From Emiliania huxleyi CCMP1516 (taxonomy: Eukaryota), in contig NW_005201277.1 of the NCBI RefSeq assembly GCF_000372725.1, positions 373,623-415,246 on the forward strand: a DNA stretch of 41,624 nt, written 5' to 3'. This document shows positions 37,620 to 41,624 of the stretch, piece after piece. Numbering within the stretch: position 1 is the first letter of the stretch; every line of letters starts with the position of its first letter. The position numbers were made by a program, and so were the translations under genes. The notes under the pieces are model-generated. The model ran no database searches, was not told the DNA's origin, and saw only the letters and a program-made list of their open reading frames with translations.

Positions 37620-39147
37620 GCTTTGGGCGTGTGGGTGTGTACGCCAGTCCGCAGTGTGCTCGCCAGATAATGAGGCTTCATCAGACAGCACAAGGATGGT
37701 GGATGCTCAACGACGTATGCGATGTATTATGTTCCATTTTCTCACCTCTCTCAGCTCTTGTCCTTCGTTTGTGGTTTGAACGTTTCCCCTAACCGCGCGG
37801 AGCTTTTAGAGGGACACACTGATCACAGTGGTGGACACCGACTGTAAAAAAGGGTGTGGATGCTGGGTTGACGGAAATCGGGGGACGCGACCCACTTCGC
37901 CACAGACGGTTCCCGCGCCTCCCCGCTATGACGGCCACACGGCCGCAGCTCGTGTGCGTGTAGCCGTCTTTGTCCGGAGTGAAAACTCCAACGCGCTCGT
38001 CGGTGGCGGCGTCCCCCGATTTCGCCGCGCTCGGCGAACCTCGACAGTAGGGGGCCCACAGCGCCCCAAAATCCACCAGTGTGGGATTTCGCGCAATCGC
38101 TTGACTCTGAAAAGCTCGCCTATCCCTGCGGTGAGCGCTGTGGTCGCCGCAGACTGGCTCCGACTTGACGGGGGCATGGAGACGTGATGCCTCCATGCCC
38201 CCGTCGAGTCAAAATCGACATGCGAGGCGATCTTTGGCCCGCCAGAGGGATAGGCGGCGTTTTGGGCGACAAACAGCGCTGCGACCGCGAAGTGGCGGTG
38301 GACATGCTCCCATGTTGCCGACGCGGCGCCGGAGTGGCCGGCGCTACTCGCCGCGACCACGACGGCTACTCCGATGCGCCGGGCCGACCCGTCCTACCCG
38401 ACGGTGGCACTCTTCCACGTCTCGCTCACGCTGAGAAAAATTCTGAAACGGCGTGCAGCAGAGTCGCCGACGAGTCGGTGCGTGTGCCTCCTCGTGTCGC
38501 GCATCGTTCTCACCCATCCATAAACTCACTTTGGCCTCACTAAAGCGAAGTCTGAATCCTTAATCCTCAGATTTTAGATTAGGACGCTGTGGGCCCTCTA
38601 TCGACAGCGCCTTCGGTGGCATGCAGCTCTTTGCGACAGAAGCCTGGAGAGCAGCTCCTCTGCTGCTCACACACTCTGCACAGTTGACACAGCCTACTGT
38701 GCGGCTGCCACAGCTGTGACAGCGATGGGCTCGCCCTCACTGGCCCTCAGTCACTTGTGCTGCGGCTTGTGTGAGCGACACTGCTCGGCGACTGCCGGCA
38801 CACTGTGAGACCATGGGTGTGAGGTCAGACCACGCTACCAGCGCGCTTGGTCACATCGGCCCCGAGGTCAGATCCATCTACTCTGTTGATGACAAGACTT
38901 GTCTACCGGCTGGAGCCGAGCAGGAGGGCCCGGCGCACAACCCCCTGGAGCGGCCGCACATTGCTCGGTACCCCCCCTGCCCATGGCCGACCCCCCCCCC
39001 CAGCAGCAGCGCTCTTGTTGCGAGGGTTGACGGGGGGTCTCAACCGTCAACCAGATGGTTGAGGGGGGGCCTCAACCCTCAAGCCCTCAACCCTTCTACA
39101 ACCCCCTCGGCAGAATCGCGCGCAACGGTTCGCGCCCAGCATAAAAC

Positions 39148-40068
39148 ATGTTCTCCCTCCGGTCCCGGGTCGCGTTGGTCTCGGGCGGCGGGACGGGCAT
39201 CGGCGCCGCGCTGGCGCAAGCTCTCGCGGAGGCGGGAGCGCGGGTCGTCATTGCGGGCCGGCGACTCGAGCCGCTGCAGGCGACGGCCGCACGGATCAAC
39301 GCCGCCGTGGCCGACAGCGGGGCGGAGGCCAAGTGCTTTGCGCTCGCGTGCGACGTCGCCGATCTGGACGCCGCCGACTCGATCGTCGAGCAGGCTGCCG
39401 CGCTCGCCGGCGGCCCGCCGGTCCTGCTGCTCAACAACGCCGGCGTGAACGTGCGGCAGCCCGCCGCGGAGCTGACGGCCGAGCACTGGAGGCAGTCGCT
39501 CGACCTGATGCTCGCGGCGCCCGCCTTTCTGGCCCGAGCCTGCGCCCCGGGGATGGCCGCGGCCGGATACGGGCGGACCGTCGCCCTAGATGCGGAAGAC
39601 GGGTCTGTGCATTTCCTAGACACTTCATAACTGCCTCGACACTGCCTCGACACACTGCCTCGACACACTGCCTCGAGACTGGAAGCCGTCTTCCAGTGTA
39701 GGATCGTCACGACCGCGTCGCTGCAAAGTGCTCTCGCCTTCCCAAACTCGCTGCCGTACGCCGCCGCAAAGTCGGGCGTGCTCGGCCTGACCCGCGCCCT
39801 GGCCGAGGCGTACAGCCCGGCGCACGGGTACGAGGGCATCACGTCAAACGCGATCGCGCCCGGCTTTGTCCAGACGGAGCTCACCGCCTCGGTCTTTGCC
39901 GACGAGCCGAGGGCGCGGCAGCTGGCCGCGCGCACGATCGCCGCGCGCAACTCGACGCCGGCCGACCTTGCGGGCGCCGCGGTGTTTCTGTGCAGCCCGG
40001 CGAGCGCGTACGTGAATGGGCAGACCCTGTACGTGGACGGCGGCTTCACAGCACTCGGGCACCGCTGA
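39148..40068 (+). CDS. Classical short-chain dehydrogenase/reductase (gluconate 5-dehydrogenase/KduD-like); exons 39148-39575 and 39702-40068
   Basis: VALVSGGGTGIG (Rossmann), LLNNAGVN, GRIVTTAS, YAAAK (YxxxK), NAIAPGFVQT, AAVFLCSPASAYVNGQTLYVDGG. Confidence 0.92.
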
Positions 40069-41624
40069 GGCGCCGTTCTCTAAAAATATTATAGAAATCA
40101 CAGCAAAGGGGTGTTCACTTCGTTTTCACGTTTTTGAACTTTTCAACCCACAACCGCTAATCGAACGGTCATATTGGTGTGTGTTGGACGCGTTGCGCGC
40201 GAGGCGCGAGGGCGGAGAGGGAGAATATATGTACACGGACGGACGGAGCTTACAGCTTTACGCGTTTCACGGTGGAACTGCTGGGTGTGTCTCTGGGAGG
40301 TGGGAGTGGTGCAGTGCCAGTGGGCTCGTTGTGTGAGTATATGGGCCACGATGTCTCAAATATGAGGGGTTTTGACTCCTACCAGCTCCTGACGCTATCC
40401 CTGGCAGCTCTAATGGCCAGGATCGGTAGTGTTGTGATAGAGGGTGCCCATACTAGCGCAGGAGCTGCCACACTCGCCCGGACCGTCCCCTTCTGGGGCC
40501 GGTTCCGCAGCCCGCGAGAGCCGACCGCGGGGCTGTGCCGCGGGTGCCTACTGCCGAGTGCCACAAACACTGCGCCGTCCCGCCATCACCTACAGGCTGT
40601 CTTGTGTGATGGTTGGGATGTCCAAACGCCACCATCTTGGCTCTTGCGACCTCAAACCCGCGAGCTGTATGGGTGGTCCTGACGTCGACAGACGCCCGAT
40701 GACCACGGTGAAGCTGAGCCGGAACGCGTCGACAAGTCTCGTCTGAGCCCGTGGCGGTCGCCGGCTGAGTCGCCGTACACGGGCCGGTACCTCAGGCGTC
40801 ACCTCCGCAGCCTCAGGTCTCACACTCTATCACCTCCGCCGGGACGCCTTCGGTGTCACGCTCGGCGGCGTACTTTCTGCAGCTCCATCTCGAGTACGGC
40901 GTCGAGTATACTCACTCCTGTTGGATACACGCACTCCCTGGGACCCAGGGAGTGCGTGTATCCAGCAAGCGGTGCGTCCCGGCAGCGCGCGCAGGCTGCG
41001 GAGCTGCCACAAACTCGACACGCTTTTGGGGACATTTTCGACGCTTTTGGCCCATATACTCGCACAACATGCCAGTGGCGAGTGGGGGACGCCAGAGAGA
41101 TCGAAAAGAGAACGGGAGTCGGGAGAGGGCCCGCGGCGCCGCCCAGACAGATTACAGACAGTGTGTGCTATATACGACACGCGATCCTAAGCAGAATAAA
41201 AGTTGCGCCGCCTCTCACGTCTCACGGCCTCTGACCTGTGACCATCCTGATGAGATCGCAGATCCGCCTCTCTGTCTCTCGACACACACGACGCGTTGCT
41301 TCTCACCCTCTCGCGGGGAGAGCCCTCTCTCTCTCTCTCTCTCCACAAAACGGGGAGCCGACGAAACGTTGAGCAGTGCTGCTCGCGCCGGCTCCCCCGT
41401 CCTCTACGCTGCCTGGCGCACTCTACGAACCCCCGCGGCCGAGAGGCGCGAGAGGCGCGAGAGGCGCGAGACCGGCATCTCTGCGCGGCAACGCGCCTCG
41501 CCCGGCGCCGTGTCGCGAGGGCCCGGCACGGCAAGGCACCTCTACCCCAGCTGCGCCGCCTCGCAAAGGTACGAGACGCCCCTGGCAAGATCCCCCCCCC
41601 CCCCACCCCCCCCAAACCCCCCAC

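Noticed and set aside
36012..37691. Long antisense and alternate-frame ORFs over real genes (also 21107-22549, 30898-32580, 32730-33998, 10737-12026)
   Set aside because: Expected shadows of very GC-rich coding sequence; no recognisable motifs.

Overview
GC-rich eukaryotic nuclear DNA with four assembly gaps (5802-6325, 7181-7280, 10402-10501, 12942-13041). Frequent GC-AG (and probable GA-AG) introns, intronic 10-bp satellites (CCCCATATCT, CTCACCTCGG) and long (CA)n tracts suggest a haptophyte such as Emiliania/Gephyrocapsa huxleyi; this is inferred from sequence style, not a database hit. Supported genes: an F-box-like/Kelch protein, two tandem MgtC/SapB-family copies, a 38-aa OPR-repeat protein with a truncated RAP domain, a V-ATPase c-like proteolipid, two inverted intronless paralogs of an SH3-like/ankyrin/IRAK-Pelle-type kinase/RING/RGG protein, a CPA1 Na+/H+ exchanger, RPB8, an amino-acid permease and a classical SDR. 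There are also three TIR-bounded non-autonomous elements and several dispersed repeats. Most notable: (1) the ankyrin-kinase-RING paralogs have fixed frameworks with hypervariable binding-face residues, like variable immune receptors; (2) the OPR array has 13 near-identical repeats varying mainly at two positions, a TALE/PPR-like code; (3) many introns are bracketed by 8-25 bp direct duplications spanning the splice junction, often around a satellite filler, suggesting an intron-generating mechanism; (4) the c-like proteolipid lacks the essential proton-carrying Glu; (5) the MgtC presequence ends in the ubiquitin tail LRLRGG. Exon boundaries were read by eye and need RNA-seq confirmation.
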